DNA of 61,325 bases, filler included. It is 4 parts of 4 records of this genome, joined end to end, with 100 filler letters (N's around TTAATTAATTAA, not from the genome) between each part and the next. Parts side by side here need not be neighbours in the genome. Positions count along the whole stretch, not along the records: positions 1 to 20,420 come from SRR2962707_3466; positions 20,521 to 30,595 come from SRR2962707_3471; 2 more parts are not named here. One strand, 5' to 3'. Of the stretch, positions 17,791-28,519 are shown piece after piece. The notes under the pieces are model-generated. The model was not told the origin of the DNA. It saw only the letters and a list, made by a program, of their open reading frames with translations, and did no database searches. Numbering within the stretch: the first letter of the stretch is position 1; every line of letters starts with the position of its first letter. Made by a program: the position numbers and the translations under genes.

Positions 17791-19533
17791 CTACTTTTTC
17801 TGTTGTGCTATCCAGTCGTTGATGACTTCCTCAAGCACAGCTATCGGCAGTGAGCCTTGGCCAATTACGGTGTCGTGAAAGCGACGAATGTCAAAATTAG
17901 CTCCAAGCTCTTTTTCTGCTTTTGCCCGGAGCTCGCGTATTTTTAACTCGCCCATTTTGTAAGAAAGCGCTTGAGCAGGCCATGATATATAACGATCAAT
18001 TTGGTCTTCTACGGCACTTTGTGGCAATGCCGTATACTCGTTTAAGTAGTTAATCGCGCGCTCTCGACTCCAGCCAAATGCGTGAATACCAGTATCAACA
18101 ACTAGTCTGACTGCACGCCACATTTCGTAGCCTAAGCGGCCAAAGTCGCTGTATGGGTCTTGATAAAAACCGGCTTCTTTACCAAGACGCTCAGCATAGA
18201 GCCCCCAGCCTTCGCCAAATGCAGAGTGGTTCAATGTGCGTCTAAATTGCGGTACATCAAGCTCCATTGCTATCGCATTTTGTAAATGATGGCCCGGTAT
18301 GGCTTCGTGCAAACTTAAGGCTTCTAAATTATATAGAGGTTGTAACGAAGGTGTTGAGGCTAAGAAGTAAGTGCCTGCTGAGCGATTATCTGCCGGTGGC
18401 ATATAAAAAGCCCCTCGACTTGCAGAGTCTTTAATTGCGAAGGTGTTGCGCGGTAAATGGCTGAAATAAGTCGGCAATTTGCCATACATTTTTTGAGTAA
18501 TGAAGGCCGCTTTTTCTAATAAATCTTGTTTGTCGGTGGCATAAAACTGAGGATCGGTGGCTAAAAATTTTAAGAAGTCAGCATATGTGCCTTTAAAATT
18601 CAGAGAGTCAATAATAGCCTGCATTTGGGCTTTAATACGTGCGACTTCCTGTAGGCCTAACTCATGGATCGCTTTAGGTGTCGCTTGTGTCGTGGTGTAG
18701 TAATTTACTGCATATTGATAATATTCAAGCCCGCCTTCAATGCTCGAAATACCAGGCTTTGCCCTGCAGTTTGGCATGTAATCATCAACAAAAAAATCAT
18801 AAAAATGTTGGTACGCAGGGATCACTTTATTGCTAATCAGCTTTTTTGCTTTTTCTTGATAAGCTGCCTTTTGCTGTTGGCTAAAGGTGTTGGGTATACG
18901 AGTGAACGGCTCGTACAAAGCACTATTTTTTGGATCTTTAACAATATGCGCACTGATGCTCTTGCCGTAGTTTTTAAAGGTGGTGCAATAGTGTGTGTAG
19001 CCGTGTTGTACACCTTCTTTCATCAAGCTTATGTTTTCTTGATTAAAGCGAGGGTAGTCGTCCAAACTGATTAAAAAGTTGTCGTAGTCGGCTGTGGTTA
19101 AAAACGCCATGTTTGCAGGAGCCTCAGCAAAGTAGGTGTGCCAGCCGCTTAAAAAGTTAACAGGAAAATACTTATCATATGACTGGTAGCTTTTTTGCTC
19201 GGTTTCGCGCTCATATTTAAACAGTCGATAATTCATTAACTGTGCTTTACTGAGAGATTGCGCGTCAATAGCGGCTAATTTTTGCAACACTTGTTTGTTA
19301 TAGGCTTGGCGTTTTTGTATTGCTTGCTCAGTCCAATTAGCAAGTTTGCCATTGGGTTTCCAGCCATCTGGGTCGGTACGAAAGAATATTTTTTCACCTT
19401 GTGCATGCTGCCAGTGCTGATCAATTATATTTTTTAAATTGGTATTGTCATCAGCGTGGCTTAGCAATGAAAAAAGAGTTAAAGAAAGAGCCAAGAGGTT
19501 TATTTTATACATGTTTTTTCTCATAATTAGCAA
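17791..19533 (-). CDS. DUF885 family secreted protein (putative metallopeptidase)
   Basis: Signal peptide, LHEAIPGHHLQ, AFGEGWGLYAE, RAVRLVVDTGIH, DRYISWPAQALSYKMG. Confidence 0.9.
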   Translation of the reverse strand: MLIMRKNMYKINLLALSLTLFSLLSHADDNTNLKNIIDQHWQHAQGEKIFFRTDPDGWKPNGKLANWTEQAIQKRQAYNKQVLQKLAAIDAQSLSKAQLMNYRLFKYERETEQKSYQSYDKYFPVNFLSGWHTYFAEAPANMAFLTTADYDNFLISLDDYPRFNQENISLMKEGVQHGYTHYCTTFKNYGKSISAHIVKDPKNSALYEPFTRIPNTFSQQQKAAYQEKAKKLISNKVIPAYQHFYDFFVDDYMPNCRAKPGISSIEGGLEYYQYAVNYYTTTQATPKAIHELGLQEVARIKAQMQAIIDSLNFKGTYADFLKFLATDPQFYATDKQDLLEKAAFITQKMYGKLPTYFSHLPRNTFAIKDSASRGAFYMPPADNRSAGTYFLASTPSLQPLYNLEALSLHEAIPGHHLQNAIAMELDVPQFRRTLNHSAFGEGWGLYAERLGKEAGFYQDPYSDFGRLGYEMWRAVRLVVDTGIHAFGWSRERAINYLNEYTALPQSAVEDQIDRYISWPAQALSYKMGELKIRELRAKAEKELGANFDIRRFHDTVIGQGSLPIAVLEEVINDWIAQQKK

Positions 19534-19736
19534 GTTAGAGCTTTTATAAAGCAGTCGCGTAGGGTATTAGTTTTGCGTACTTTATAGCTAAAATTAGGGT
19601 ATCAAATTAACGTTGTAAATGCGCTGGCTTTTTCAGCTAGAGCCAATTGAAAACTAATTACTTATTGAGATCGACATCGGTGATAAAGCCGTACAACATA
19701 GGCTAGCGGTTAAACTATTCTACAAAGGGGCTTTCA

Positions 19737-20420
19737 TTGGATTCACTCACACAAGTTGTACTTGGTAGCGCAGTTGCTTATTCAGTATTAGGCAATAAGC
19801 TTGGCCGAAAATCGCTATTGGTTGGTGCGGCGTTTGGCACGTTACCTGACTTAGATGTGCTGATTAATTTTGGTGGCAATGTTGAGAACTTTGTTCAGCA
19901 CCGTAGCTTTAGCCATTCTATTCTTGTGCAACTATTAATTAGCCCTTTGTTTGCATGGCTTTTACTTAAAATGAATTGGGCTAAAGGGGTGTCGTTAACG
20001 CGCTGGTCTATTGCTATATTTTTGATTTTGAGTACCCACGCCTTACTTGATAGTTTTACTGTTTATGGCACACAGTTACTGTGGCCGCTTTCGACATACC
20101 CGTTCGGTATTTCGAGTATATTTATAATTGACCCCGCTTATACTCTGCCACTTATAGTCTCGTGTATTGGGCTTTGTTTTGTGCGTACTAAGAATCAAGC
20201 TCAACGCATAAATACCTGCGCGTTAATTGTCAGTTCGCTTTATTTAACGTGGGGGTTAACGGCAAAGTGGCATATCAACGAGAAGATTTATCAGGCGCTA
20301 AATAACCAGAACATTACATTTAAACACTTTGAAAGTATGCCTACCCCTTTTAACACCATGCTTTGGCGAGCGATAGCCGTGACTGAGCAAGGGCATTATG
20401 AGATTTATGCCTCTGTGTTT
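19737..20420 (+). CDS. Metal-dependent membrane hydrolase (YdjM/LexA-binding family), 3' truncated
   Basis: MDSLTQ, GTLPDLD, HRSFSHS, THALLDSFTVYGTQLLWP, IFIIDP. The ORF runs into the N spacer. Confidence 0.85.
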
Positions 20421-20520
20421 NNNNNNNNNNNNNNNNNNNNNNNNNNNNNNNNNNNNNNNNNNNNTTAATTAATTAANNNNNNNNNNNNNNNNNNNNNNNN
20501 NNNNNNNNNNNNNNNNNNNN
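20421..20520. other. Artificial contig-joining spacer
   Basis: N44-TTAATTAATTAA-N44 (stop codons in all frames). Base composition changes abruptly across it. Confidence 0.97.
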
Positions 20521-20542
20521 ACCGGCGGGGACTGGCTGTAAC

Positions 20543-21460
20543 ATGAAAAAATTCATTCTTTCGATATGTGATCACCCGGTACTGGGGAAACTGCTCGGTG
20601 TCTTCGGACGTGCTTCGCATGAACGCACGCATCTGATGGGTCTGCGCAATCCGTTTTACCTGTCCACGTTCGTCATCGAACGCGAAGATGGCCACTACAT
20701 CACCAATGCCGAAAGCTACCTGTTTCTGAGCTCGCCTGAAGGCGCACGCATGAAGTTCGACGGCAGCGCCTATGAAGAAGAAGTCTCGTTTCTGATGCGG
20801 AAGCTCGTCCGCCCGGGCGATGTCGTGCTCGACATCGGCGCCAATGTCGGCCTGCATACGGTTTTTCTTTCAAAGCTCGTCGGCGACGGCCGCGTCATCG
20901 CATTCGAGCCGGTCAGTGAAATGGCCGACAGGCTGTCCGCCAACTGTGCCTTCAACCGGGCCGGCAATGTGACCCTGATCCGCTCGGCACTGGGCGAAGA
21001 AGCGGGCGAAGCGACCATTCAGGCCAACCTGGGCGATCCCGGCATGGAAGGCACCAATTCGATGATCGCATCGGTCCATGTCGCCAATCGTCCCGACCGC
21101 TATGAAGAACGCACTATATCGGTGAAGCGCCTGGATGACATCGCCGGCGAGCTCGGCATTTCCGAACGCATCGATTTCGTCAAGATCGATACCGAGGGCT
21201 TCGAGCCGATGGTGATCCGGGGCGCCCTTGAGACGCTGCGCAAGACCCGTCCGGCCATGCTGATAGAAGCGCACTCGAACCGGCTCAAGGAAGTCGGCCT
21301 GACGTTCGGCTGGTATACGGAAACATTTCCGGATTATCACATCTACATCATTCATCCGGTGACCCCGGCAAATCCGTATCTGAATCTGCAGCCGCTTGAT
21401 GGTGAACCGCCGGAAATCGCCGTCAATCTGTTGCTGTTGCCGAAACTGCTCTCGTCCTGA
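20543..21460 (+). CDS. FkbM family SAM-dependent methyltransferase
   Basis: VLDIGANVG, VIAFEP, FVKIDTEGFE. Confidence 0.92.
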   Translation: MKKFILSICDHPVLGKLLGVFGRASHERTHLMGLRNPFYLSTFVIEREDGHYITNAESYLFLSSPEGARMKFDGSAYEEEVSFLMRKLVRPGDVVLDIGANVGLHTVFLSKLVGDGRVIAFEPVSEMADRLSANCAFNRAGNVTLIRSALGEEAGEATIQANLGDPGMEGTNSMIASVHVANRPDRYEERTISVKRLDDIAGELGISERIDFVKIDTEGFEPMVIRGALETLRKTRPAMLIEAHSNRLKEVGLTFGWYTETFPDYHIYIIHPVTPANPYLNLQPLDGEPPEIAVNLLLLPKLLSS

Positions 21461-21479
21461 CGAGCCTTGTGAAGCAATC

Positions 21480-23087
21480 GTGAGCGTCCTTCTGACCGAT
21501 GATCCGGATGTCTATGCCGGACATGATCATCGTTTATCGATCGATATGCCGGGACTTCCTCCTGAAACAGTCCCCGACATCGCGACCCGGCTGGAACAGG
21601 CATTCGACGCCGCTTACGCGCCCTGGCGCGAGATTGCACATATCATGCAACGCCAGCCGTCAGCCGGGCTTGCACACATGCCGACGATGAGCACCTATGC
21701 GTCCGATTTCGGTGTCATGCTGGCATGGGTTCGCATTGTCCGGGACATGGCGCAGGAAGATGCGACGACGTGTGTCGCCTGTGCCGACCCCTGGCTCTAC
21801 AGAGCACTCTCTTTGCTGGATGGGGTGACGACAAAAGGGCGGCCGCCCAAAATAGCCGCGAAGCGGCTCCGCCTTTTTTGCCGGGGCGTTCTGGCCCGCA
21901 GCAAGGCCGCCGGGCGTGCGCTCCTTGCCCGGATCAAAACACGTGCCCATCGCCGGTGCGACGTGCAGGCAAACTGGATCCTCGTCTACGGGCACCCGGA
22001 CAGTAACGCCGACGGCAAGGACGCCTACTTCGGCACACTGATGCGCGATATGCCGGGTCTGCAGCGGCTGATGCACACGGATTGCAGCGCGTCGTATGCG
22101 GCCATCCTTGCCGGCGACGGCCGGACCCGGTCCCTGCATGCCTGGGGCAACATCATCACCGCATGCAGGATGCCGTTTGCCCGCTGGCGCCCGGACACGT
22201 CGGAACTTGATCCCGTCACGTCCTGGCTGATCCGGCGGGCGGCCGCAATCGAAGGCAGCGGCGGCAGTGCCGCCATGACCCTCTGGCAGATGGCCTGTCA
22301 GCGGAACTGGCTGAAAGACACCAATCCGAAAACCGTCGCCTGGCCCTGGGAAAATCATCCGTGGGAACGGGACTTCGTTCGCGGCGCACGCCTGAACGGG
22401 ACGATGACATGCGGCTATCAGCACACCGTCGTCGGTCGGCATATGTACAATCAGGGCGCGGATGCCAATCTGGACGGCACCGACAGCATCCCCGACACCA
22501 TTCTGCTGAACGGCCCCGCCTATCATGACGATCTCACGGCACGCGGCATCCCCGCCGAACGCCTGCAGATTGCCGGATCGCACCGCATCGGTGCGGGCAG
22601 CCTGCCGGTTTACGACCCCCAGGGACCCGTATTTCTCGCACTGTCGAACAGCCCGTCCTTTGCCCGCCAGATGATCGATGCAACCCGGCCGCTGGCCGGA
22701 TCGACGTTGCCGTTCATCGTCAAGGATCACCCGCTTAGTCCCTATCCGGTGACGGAAAGCGATCATTTCAGTCACACCCGCAAACCGATTTCCGGGCTGC
22801 CGGCGATCCGCGCTCTTATATATTGTACAGGGACCACCGGGCTCGAAGGCCTGTTGAGCGGCATGCCGACGATCCGCTTCATTCCCAACAGCGGTGTCGC
22901 ACTGGATATTCTGCCCCGCGGCCTGCAACCGCTTTCGGTCAACGCCGCGGAACTTGCCGGGGCATTGCAGAACCTGCCCGAAGCGGCTAATCACGCGCAG
23001 ACAGATCTGTTCCCGCCGCCGGACCTTGCCGTCTGGAGGCGTCTTTTGGATGATACACATGAAAACCGGGCTGAAGTGATCACATGA
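21480..23087 (+). CDS. Hypothetical protein, possibly a glycosyl-/capsule-transferase-fold protein of a glycan locus
   Basis: Long ORF with GC-rich codon bias, probable GTG start at 21480. WENHPWE, GYQH and VKDHP motifs are reminiscent of GT-B-like surface-carbohydrate proteins. It overlaps the next ATG. Confidence 0.55.
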   Translation: MSVLLTDDPDVYAGHDHRLSIDMPGLPPETVPDIATRLEQAFDAAYAPWREIAHIMQRQPSAGLAHMPTMSTYASDFGVMLAWVRIVRDMAQEDATTCVACADPWLYRALSLLDGVTTKGRPPKIAAKRLRLFCRGVLARSKAAGRALLARIKTRAHRRCDVQANWILVYGHPDSNADGKDAYFGTLMRDMPGLQRLMHTDCSASYAAILAGDGRTRSLHAWGNIITACRMPFARWRPDTSELDPVTSWLIRRAAAIEGSGGSAAMTLWQMACQRNWLKDTNPKTVAWPWENHPWERDFVRGARLNGTMTCGYQHTVVGRHMYNQGADANLDGTDSIPDTILLNGPAYHDDLTARGIPAERLQIAGSHRIGAGSLPVYDPQGPVFLALSNSPSFARQMIDATRPLAGSTLPFIVKDHPLSPYPVTESDHFSHTRKPISGLPAIRALIYCTGTTGLEGLLSGMPTIRFIPNSGVALDILPRGLQPLSVNAAELAGALQNLPEAANHAQTDLFPPPDLAVWRRLLDDTHENRAEVIT

Positions 23088-24190
23088 CCGAACCCCTGAA
23101 AGTCGCCCTGATCGGCTGCGGCCGCATCGCCGGGCATCATTGCCGTTCCATAGCCGCCATCGACGGCGTTGAGCTGGCTGCCGTCTGCGATCTGGATATC
23201 GAGAAGGCGGATGCCTATGCCGCCGAATTCAACGTGCCGGCCTTTTCCGACTACCGGCGCATGTTCGATACCGTTCAAGACATCGACATCGCCGCCGTGA
23301 TCACGCCGAGCGGCATGCATTTCGAACACGGCATGGAAGTCATCCAGACGTACGCAAAGCACATCGTCATGGAAAAGCCGACGTTCATGCGCCCGGAGCA
23401 TCTGCATGAAGCCTATGCCGCCGCCGATGCTGCCGGGAAGCGCATCTTTCCGGTGTTTCAGAACCGCTACAACAAGGCCGTCCGGCGCGTCAAACAGGCC
23501 ATCGAAACGGGCGAGCTTGGGGATATCCGGACGGTGTCGGTGCGCCTCCGCTGGTGCCGGCCGCAGCGCTATTACGATCTGGCGCCGTGGCGCGGCACGT
23601 TCTCGCATGACGGCGGGGCGCTCACCAACCAGACCATCCACCACGTCGATCTGTTGCGCCACCTGGGCGGCGAGGTCGATCAGGTCAACGCCACCATGCG
23701 CACGCTGGGTGCCGAGATTGAGGTCGAGGACACAAGCGTTGCAACCCTGACCTATGCGTCGGGTGCTGTCGGCACGCTGGAATCCACCACCGCAGCGCGA
23801 CCGGATGATTTCGAAGCCTCGATCTCTTTCATCTGTGCCGAAGGCATGGCGCAGATCGGCGGCATCGCCGTCAACGAACTGCAGATCTTCACCCCCGATC
23901 CGGATGCCTGCGCCGCCAACTCCGAAGACTTCAAGGGTATTCAGGGGCACGGTGCCGTCTACGGCTTCGGCCACACTGAAATGTACAGGGATATCGTCGC
24001 CGATTTCCGAAGCGAGAAGCCCTATCCGGTAGCCCGTGCCGATTGCCTCAAAACCCTGGAACTACTGCACGCATTCTATCGTTCCGACGAAGCCGGCAGC
24101 TGGGTCGACGTCGCCGGCGGCGGATCATCGATCAGGCTCGGCCGCGAAGATGACGCCATTTCCGATCTGTACCGGACACCGAAAGCGTGA
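23084..24190 (+). CDS. Gfo/Idh/MocA family NAD-dependent oxidoreductase (WbpB/WlbA-like nucleotide-sugar dehydrogenase)
   Basis: LIGCGRIA, TPSGMH, EKP, VFQNRYN, WRGT...DGGALTNQTIHHVDLL. Confidence 0.88.
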   Translation: MTEPLKVALIGCGRIAGHHCRSIAAIDGVELAAVCDLDIEKADAYAAEFNVPAFSDYRRMFDTVQDIDIAAVITPSGMHFEHGMEVIQTYAKHIVMEKPTFMRPEHLHEAYAAADAAGKRIFPVFQNRYNKAVRRVKQAIETGELGDIRTVSVRLRWCRPQRYYDLAPWRGTFSHDGGALTNQTIHHVDLLRHLGGEVDQVNATMRTLGAEIEVEDTSVATLTYASGAVGTLESTTAARPDDFEASISFICAEGMAQIGGIAVNELQIFTPDPDACAANSEDFKGIQGHGAVYGFGHTEMYRDIVADFRSEKPYPVARADCLKTLELLHAFYRSDEAGSWVDVAGGGSSIRLGREDDAISDLYRTPKA

Positions 24191-25230
24191 CGTCACCGCT
24201 TAAAGTCGGAATCGCCGGATACGGTGTCGTCGGCAAGCGCCGGCGCGGCGTCATCGACGACCGCGACGACATGCAGGCCGTCGCGGTCTGTGACCGGACC
24301 CTGGACGGTACCGGCACCTACGATGACGGGGTCAGATATTTTCAGACCTATCAGGACCTGCTGGGCGAAGAGCTGGATGTGCTGTTCGTCGCCATGTCCA
24401 ACGACATCGCCGCCGACGTGACCATCGCCGGGCTTGAAGCCGGGCTGCATGTCTTCTGCGAAAAACCGCCGGGCCGCGATGTCGGCGATATCGAACGGGT
24501 TGTCGCCTGCCATCGGAAGCATCCCGGGCAACACCTTAAATACGGCTTCAACCACCGCTACCATGATTCGGTACAGGATGCGCTGGCGGCGCTGGGTAGC
24601 GGCGAGCTGGGCGACGTCATCAACATGCGCGGCATTTACGGCAAGTCGCAGCTGATCACCTTCGACCAGACATCGTGGCGCACCGAACGGGCACTGGCGG
24701 GGGGCGGCGTATTGCTGGATCAGGGCATTCACATGCTCGATCTGATCCGGCTGTTCGGCGGCGAGTTCACCGACGTCAAAAGCTTCATTTCCAACAACGT
24801 CTGGGGTCACGACGTCGAGGACAATGCCTATGCCCTGATGCAGACCGACGCCGGTGTCGTCGCCATGCTGCATTCATCCGCCTCGCAGTGGCGCCACCGG
24901 TTCCGTCTTGAGATCGGCTTGACCCGGGGTGCGCTAACCCTTTCGGGCATCCTGTCGGGATCGAAAAGTTACGGCGCCGAAACGCTGACCATCACGCGGC
25001 GCGGCGACAACGACATGGGCGACCCGCACGAGGAAACCAAGCGTTATAACCGGGACCCGTCATGGACGCTGGAGGTTGCCGAATTCGCCGATGCCATCCT
25101 GCGCGGTGGGAAAATCGTCAACGGCTCGGCGACGGATGCGCTGAAGACGATGGAGCTTGTATATAAAATATATTGCGCCGACCCCCGTTGGCGTGAGATG
25201 TGGCAGCTTGGTGAAGCATCACGTCCATGA
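24187..25230 (+). CDS. Gfo/Idh/MocA family oxidoreductase
   Basis: GIAGYGVVG, CEKPPG, GFNHRY, GGGVLLDQGIHMLDL. Confidence 0.88.
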   Translation: MTSPLKVGIAGYGVVGKRRRGVIDDRDDMQAVAVCDRTLDGTGTYDDGVRYFQTYQDLLGEELDVLFVAMSNDIAADVTIAGLEAGLHVFCEKPPGRDVGDIERVVACHRKHPGQHLKYGFNHRYHDSVQDALAALGSGELGDVINMRGIYGKSQLITFDQTSWRTERALAGGGVLLDQGIHMLDLIRLFGGEFTDVKSFISNNVWGHDVEDNAYALMQTDAGVVAMLHSSASQWRHRFRLEIGLTRGALTLSGILSGSKSYGAETLTITRRGDNDMGDPHEETKRYNRDPSWTLEVAEFADAILRGGKIVNGSATDALKTMELVYKIYCADPRWREMWQLGEASRP

Positions 25231-25243
25231 TCCCGGAATTCCC

Positions 25244-26278
25244 TTGAACGCACGATTTCCAGCCATACGCGGGCTGCTTGCCAAAAGCATTCTATTTTTT
25301 TTGTGCTTCATTGCCACTCTGGAATTCTCCATCCGTTTGGCGATGCCCGAATACAATCCGGCAAAGCATCTGGCGTTTTCCTGGCACCATGAGAATCTCA
25401 TCCTGGGTCAGCCGAATACGGTTCAACGACAAATCAAGAATACCGGCGACTTCAACGTAGAGGTCCGGTTTAACCGATATGGTCTGCGTGATTCCAATGA
25501 CATAAAAAACGCAGATCCTCAGGATTTCATCCTGGTCGGTGATTCATTCAGTTTCGGCTGGGGCGTCAAGGAAACCGAGCGGCTAGGCGAGCAGCTTGCC
25601 GAGATAATCAGGCACCGCGTTTACAATGCCGCAGTCCCGGGTGATCTTGATACCTACGAGCGGCTTATCGAGTACGCCCTTAAGCTTGCTGACAAGCCGC
25701 TGCGCGTCATCATCGGCCTGAATATGGAAACGGATATTTTGCCATACCGTGCCAAGGCCTCAGCGCCGGTCACGGACCCGCAAACAATCGAGCCTTCTGC
25801 TTTAAACCTGATGGCCGTCAAAGCATTTCTAACGCGACATTCTGCCGTCTATTTTCTCATGACGCAGCAGGTACACCAACACCCCATACTTCGCGAATAT
25901 GCTGTTTCGTTGGGCTTGATCCGGCCAAACCTTAACGAGGCTTTGACAGAAGTGCCTGACGAAACGGCAGTTGCCGCAACCGTCCGACGCATGAGCAAGA
26001 TCGCTGCGCGGTACAAGGCAACCGTTATCGTCATTCCTTCCAGATACACGTGGTTTGGCCCGCGCAAACAGGTGTTATCCGCCATTCACGAAGAAATCTC
26101 CCGGGGCCTCGCAGCACGCAACATTGACATCCTGGATCTCAAGCCTGTTTTCGAAGCCGACGGTGCGCCTCTAGCTTATCATTTCGAGAATGACGGACAT
26201 TGGCGACCAACCGGACATGCCAAGGCCGCCGACGTTGTTGCACGCCATCTGAAAGCCCGTTACGGCAATGCTCTTTAG
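25244..26278 (+). CDS. SGNH/AlgX-AlgJ-like acetylation partner protein
   Basis: N-terminal TM, LVGDSFSFGWGV and C-terminal DGHW (DxH). Start is uncertain (TTG 25244; the ORF is open from 25157). Confidence 0.78.
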   Translation: MNARFPAIRGLLAKSILFFLCFIATLEFSIRLAMPEYNPAKHLAFSWHHENLILGQPNTVQRQIKNTGDFNVEVRFNRYGLRDSNDIKNADPQDFILVGDSFSFGWGVKETERLGEQLAEIIRHRVYNAAVPGDLDTYERLIEYALKLADKPLRVIIGLNMETDILPYRAKASAPVTDPQTIEPSALNLMAVKAFLTRHSAVYFLMTQQVHQHPILREYAVSLGLIRPNLNEALTEVPDETAVAATVRRMSKIAARYKATVIVIPSRYTWFGPRKQVLSAIHEEISRGLAARNIDILDLKPVFEADGAPLAYHFENDGHWRPTGHAKAADVVARHLKARYGNAL

Positions 26279-27755
26279 TTCTGTTCCATTCCTGATCGGT
26301 TTTTTGCCGGCGGTTATTTTACTGACGTGGCTTGCTGAACGGTATGCAAGCACACGTGTAACCCTCGCGCTTCTGGTTTTCGCCTCGCTGTTTTTTTATG
26401 CGTGGTGGAACCCGCCCTTCCTTATACTGCTTTTGGTTTCGGTGACTGCCAATTATGGCTTTGGTATCGCCTTGAACCAATCCAGAACGCGCGGCCTTCT
26501 CGCCGCCGCCATCATCTTTAATCTGTCACTGATCGCTTATTTCAAATATGCCAATTTTTTTGTCGGCATCCTCAGCGCCGGCCTGACAACGCCATTAGAG
26601 ATCGGCACCGTCACCCTGCCGCTGGCAATTTCTTTCTTCACCTTTCAACAAATTGCCTATCAGATAGATGTCTATAACGGAAAAATCCGGGACACGGATT
26701 TCATACATTACTGTCTGTTCGTGACATTCTTCCCGCAATTGATCGCTGGGCCGATTGTCCACCATCAGGAAATAATTCCACAGTTCGTGGCGCGCAAACG
26801 CTTCAACCTGAGAGCCGATAATTTCATCGTCGGCGGCCTTATCTTTGCAATCGGACTTTACAAAAAGGTCATCATCGCTGACGGCATTGCACCTTATGCC
26901 GACCAGGTGTTCAGCTCAGCGTTGCAGGGACCAAATACGTTTGAAGCATGGGGGGGCGCATTCGCTTATTCCCTGCAGATCTATTTCGATTTTTCCGGTT
27001 ACTCCGACATGGCGATCGGTCTTGCACGAATATTCGGTATCAGGCTGCCTGTGAACTTCGCCTCGCCCTATAAGGCAACAAACATTATCGATTTCTGGAA
27101 GACTTGGCATATAACGTTGAGTCGTTTCCTCCGCTTCTATCTTTACATCCCGCTGGGGGGCAACCGGCATGGTGACTTACGCCGCCACGCCAATTTACTG
27201 ATCACCATGCTGCTTGGCGGTTTGTGGCACGGTGCAAATTGGACATTTGTCTTTTGGGGTGCGCTCCACGGGTTTTTTCTCATCATCAATCATGCCTGGC
27301 GCGGGTTTTGGAACTCTCGTGGTATCGGGGCTGGAAAGACTTCGCTGGCGGGATGCTGGGTCAGTCGCATTTTTACTTATCTATGTGTCGTTGTGGCGTG
27401 GGTGTTCTTTCGCGCAGACAGCTGGGAGTCGGCATACGCAATGCTCGAAGGGATGGCCGGGCTGAACGGTCTAGGTGCGCTGGACTGCAGCTGGCTGCTG
27501 CTTGATCCTGACCTGTATCTCTGGCTTGCCATTCTGCTACCCGTCATCTGGTTGGCGCCGAATACACAGGAGCTTATGCTTGAACACGACCCGGCCATCG
27601 GCCTGCATCGAAGCGCGAATCTTGAAAAAAACATTCTATGGCGATCCAGAAAGAACTGGTTTCGTTTGTTCGCTTGCACATGCGCGATCACTGCCATACT
27701 GGTGATCGCACTGCGCAAAGTTGGTTCCGAAGACTTCATATACATGGTGTTTTGA
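26268..27755 (+). CDS. algI: MBOAT O-acyltransferase, AlgI/DltB family
   Basis: MLFSS start, LPLAISFFTFQQIAY, FFPQLIAGPI, QIYFDFSGYSDMAIG, FWKTWHITLS, LGGLWHGANWTF. Confidence 0.9.
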   Translation: MLFSSVPFLIGFLPAVILLTWLAERYASTRVTLALLVFASLFFYAWWNPPFLILLLVSVTANYGFGIALNQSRTRGLLAAAIIFNLSLIAYFKYANFFVGILSAGLTTPLEIGTVTLPLAISFFTFQQIAYQIDVYNGKIRDTDFIHYCLFVTFFPQLIAGPIVHHQEIIPQFVARKRFNLRADNFIVGGLIFAIGLYKKVIIADGIAPYADQVFSSALQGPNTFEAWGGAFAYSLQIYFDFSGYSDMAIGLARIFGIRLPVNFASPYKATNIIDFWKTWHITLSRFLRFYLYIPLGGNRHGDLRRHANLLITMLLGGLWHGANWTFVFWGALHGFFLIINHAWRGFWNSRGIGAGKTSLAGCWVSRIFTYLCVVVAWVFFRADSWESAYAMLEGMAGLNGLGALDCSWLLLDPDLYLWLAILLPVIWLAPNTQELMLEHDPAIGLHRSANLEKNILWRSRKNWFRLFACTCAITAILVIALRKVGSEDFIYMVF

Positions 27756-28516
27756 TGAAAACTATAGGTATCGTTCCGGCCCGCATGGCAGCGAGCCGTT
27801 TTCCCGGAAAACCTCTGCATCCGATCGCCGGCCGCCCGATGCTGGAGCACTGCTATCTGCGCGCAAAAATGTACGCAGGCTGGGATGTGCTGGCCATCGC
27901 GACCTGTGATGATGAGATCAAGGCGTTCTGCGACGAAAAGAGATTTCCCGTCATCATGACCGCGGATACGCATACCCGTGCGCTTGACCGCGTCGCCGAG
28001 GCCGCCACCAAGTGCGGCACCGATGTCGCCGACGACGATATCGTCATCTGCGTGCAGGGTGATGAACCGCTGCTGGGTCCGGACGTGATCGAAGCCGTTA
28101 TGGCCCCGTTCAGTGACGATGATGTCAAAGGCACCATGCTGGCGGTGCCGATCCACGATGAAGAGACTTTCAACAACCCGGACATGGTCAAGCTGGTCCA
28201 TGACCTGAACGGTAACGTGCTTTATACGTCGCGCAGCCCGGTCCCCTATATGAAGACGTTCGACCCGGACGGTGGCGCCAAGCGTGTCGGCGGCATCTTC
28301 GGCTTTCGCTGGCATTTCCTTCGCTGGTTCACGGAGACACCGGAATCCCCGCTGGAGAGAGCGGAAGCCTGTGATTCAAATCGCATCTGTGATAACGGAT
28401 TTTTTCAGCGCATCGCCCCGATGACGTTCCGTCCTTATCAGTCCGTCGACAGCTACGAAGATGTCGCACGTGTCGAGGCGGCGCTGCCGGATGATCCGCT
28501 GTGGGGAACGTATTAA
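27755..28516 (+). CDS. kdsB: CMP-Kdo synthetase-like cytidylyltransferase
   Basis: IVPARMAASRFPGKPL, VQGDEP, YTSRSPVP, SVD. The ATG overlaps the algI stop codon. Confidence 0.8.
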   Translation: MKTIGIVPARMAASRFPGKPLHPIAGRPMLEHCYLRAKMYAGWDVLAIATCDDEIKAFCDEKRFPVIMTADTHTRALDRVAEAATKCGTDVADDDIVICVQGDEPLLGPDVIEAVMAPFSDDDVKGTMLAVPIHDEETFNNPDMVKLVHDLNGNVLYTSRSPVPYMKTFDPDGGAKRVGGIFGFRWHFLRWFTETPESPLERAEACDSNRICDNGFFQRIAPMTFRPYQSVDSYEDVARVEAALPDDPLWGTY

Positions 28517-28519
28517 AAA

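Noticed and set aside
20465-20476. TTAATTAATTAA palindrome repeated three times in the window
   Set aside because: It is always centred in N runs. This is a synthetic all-frame-stop linker, not a biological repeat.
21660-23974. Long antisense ORFs (466 aa, 327 aa), and similar ones at 30719-31909, 35444-36385 and 27377-28315
   Set aside because: These are shadow ORFs opposite well-supported genes in GC-rich DNA and carry no recognisable motifs.
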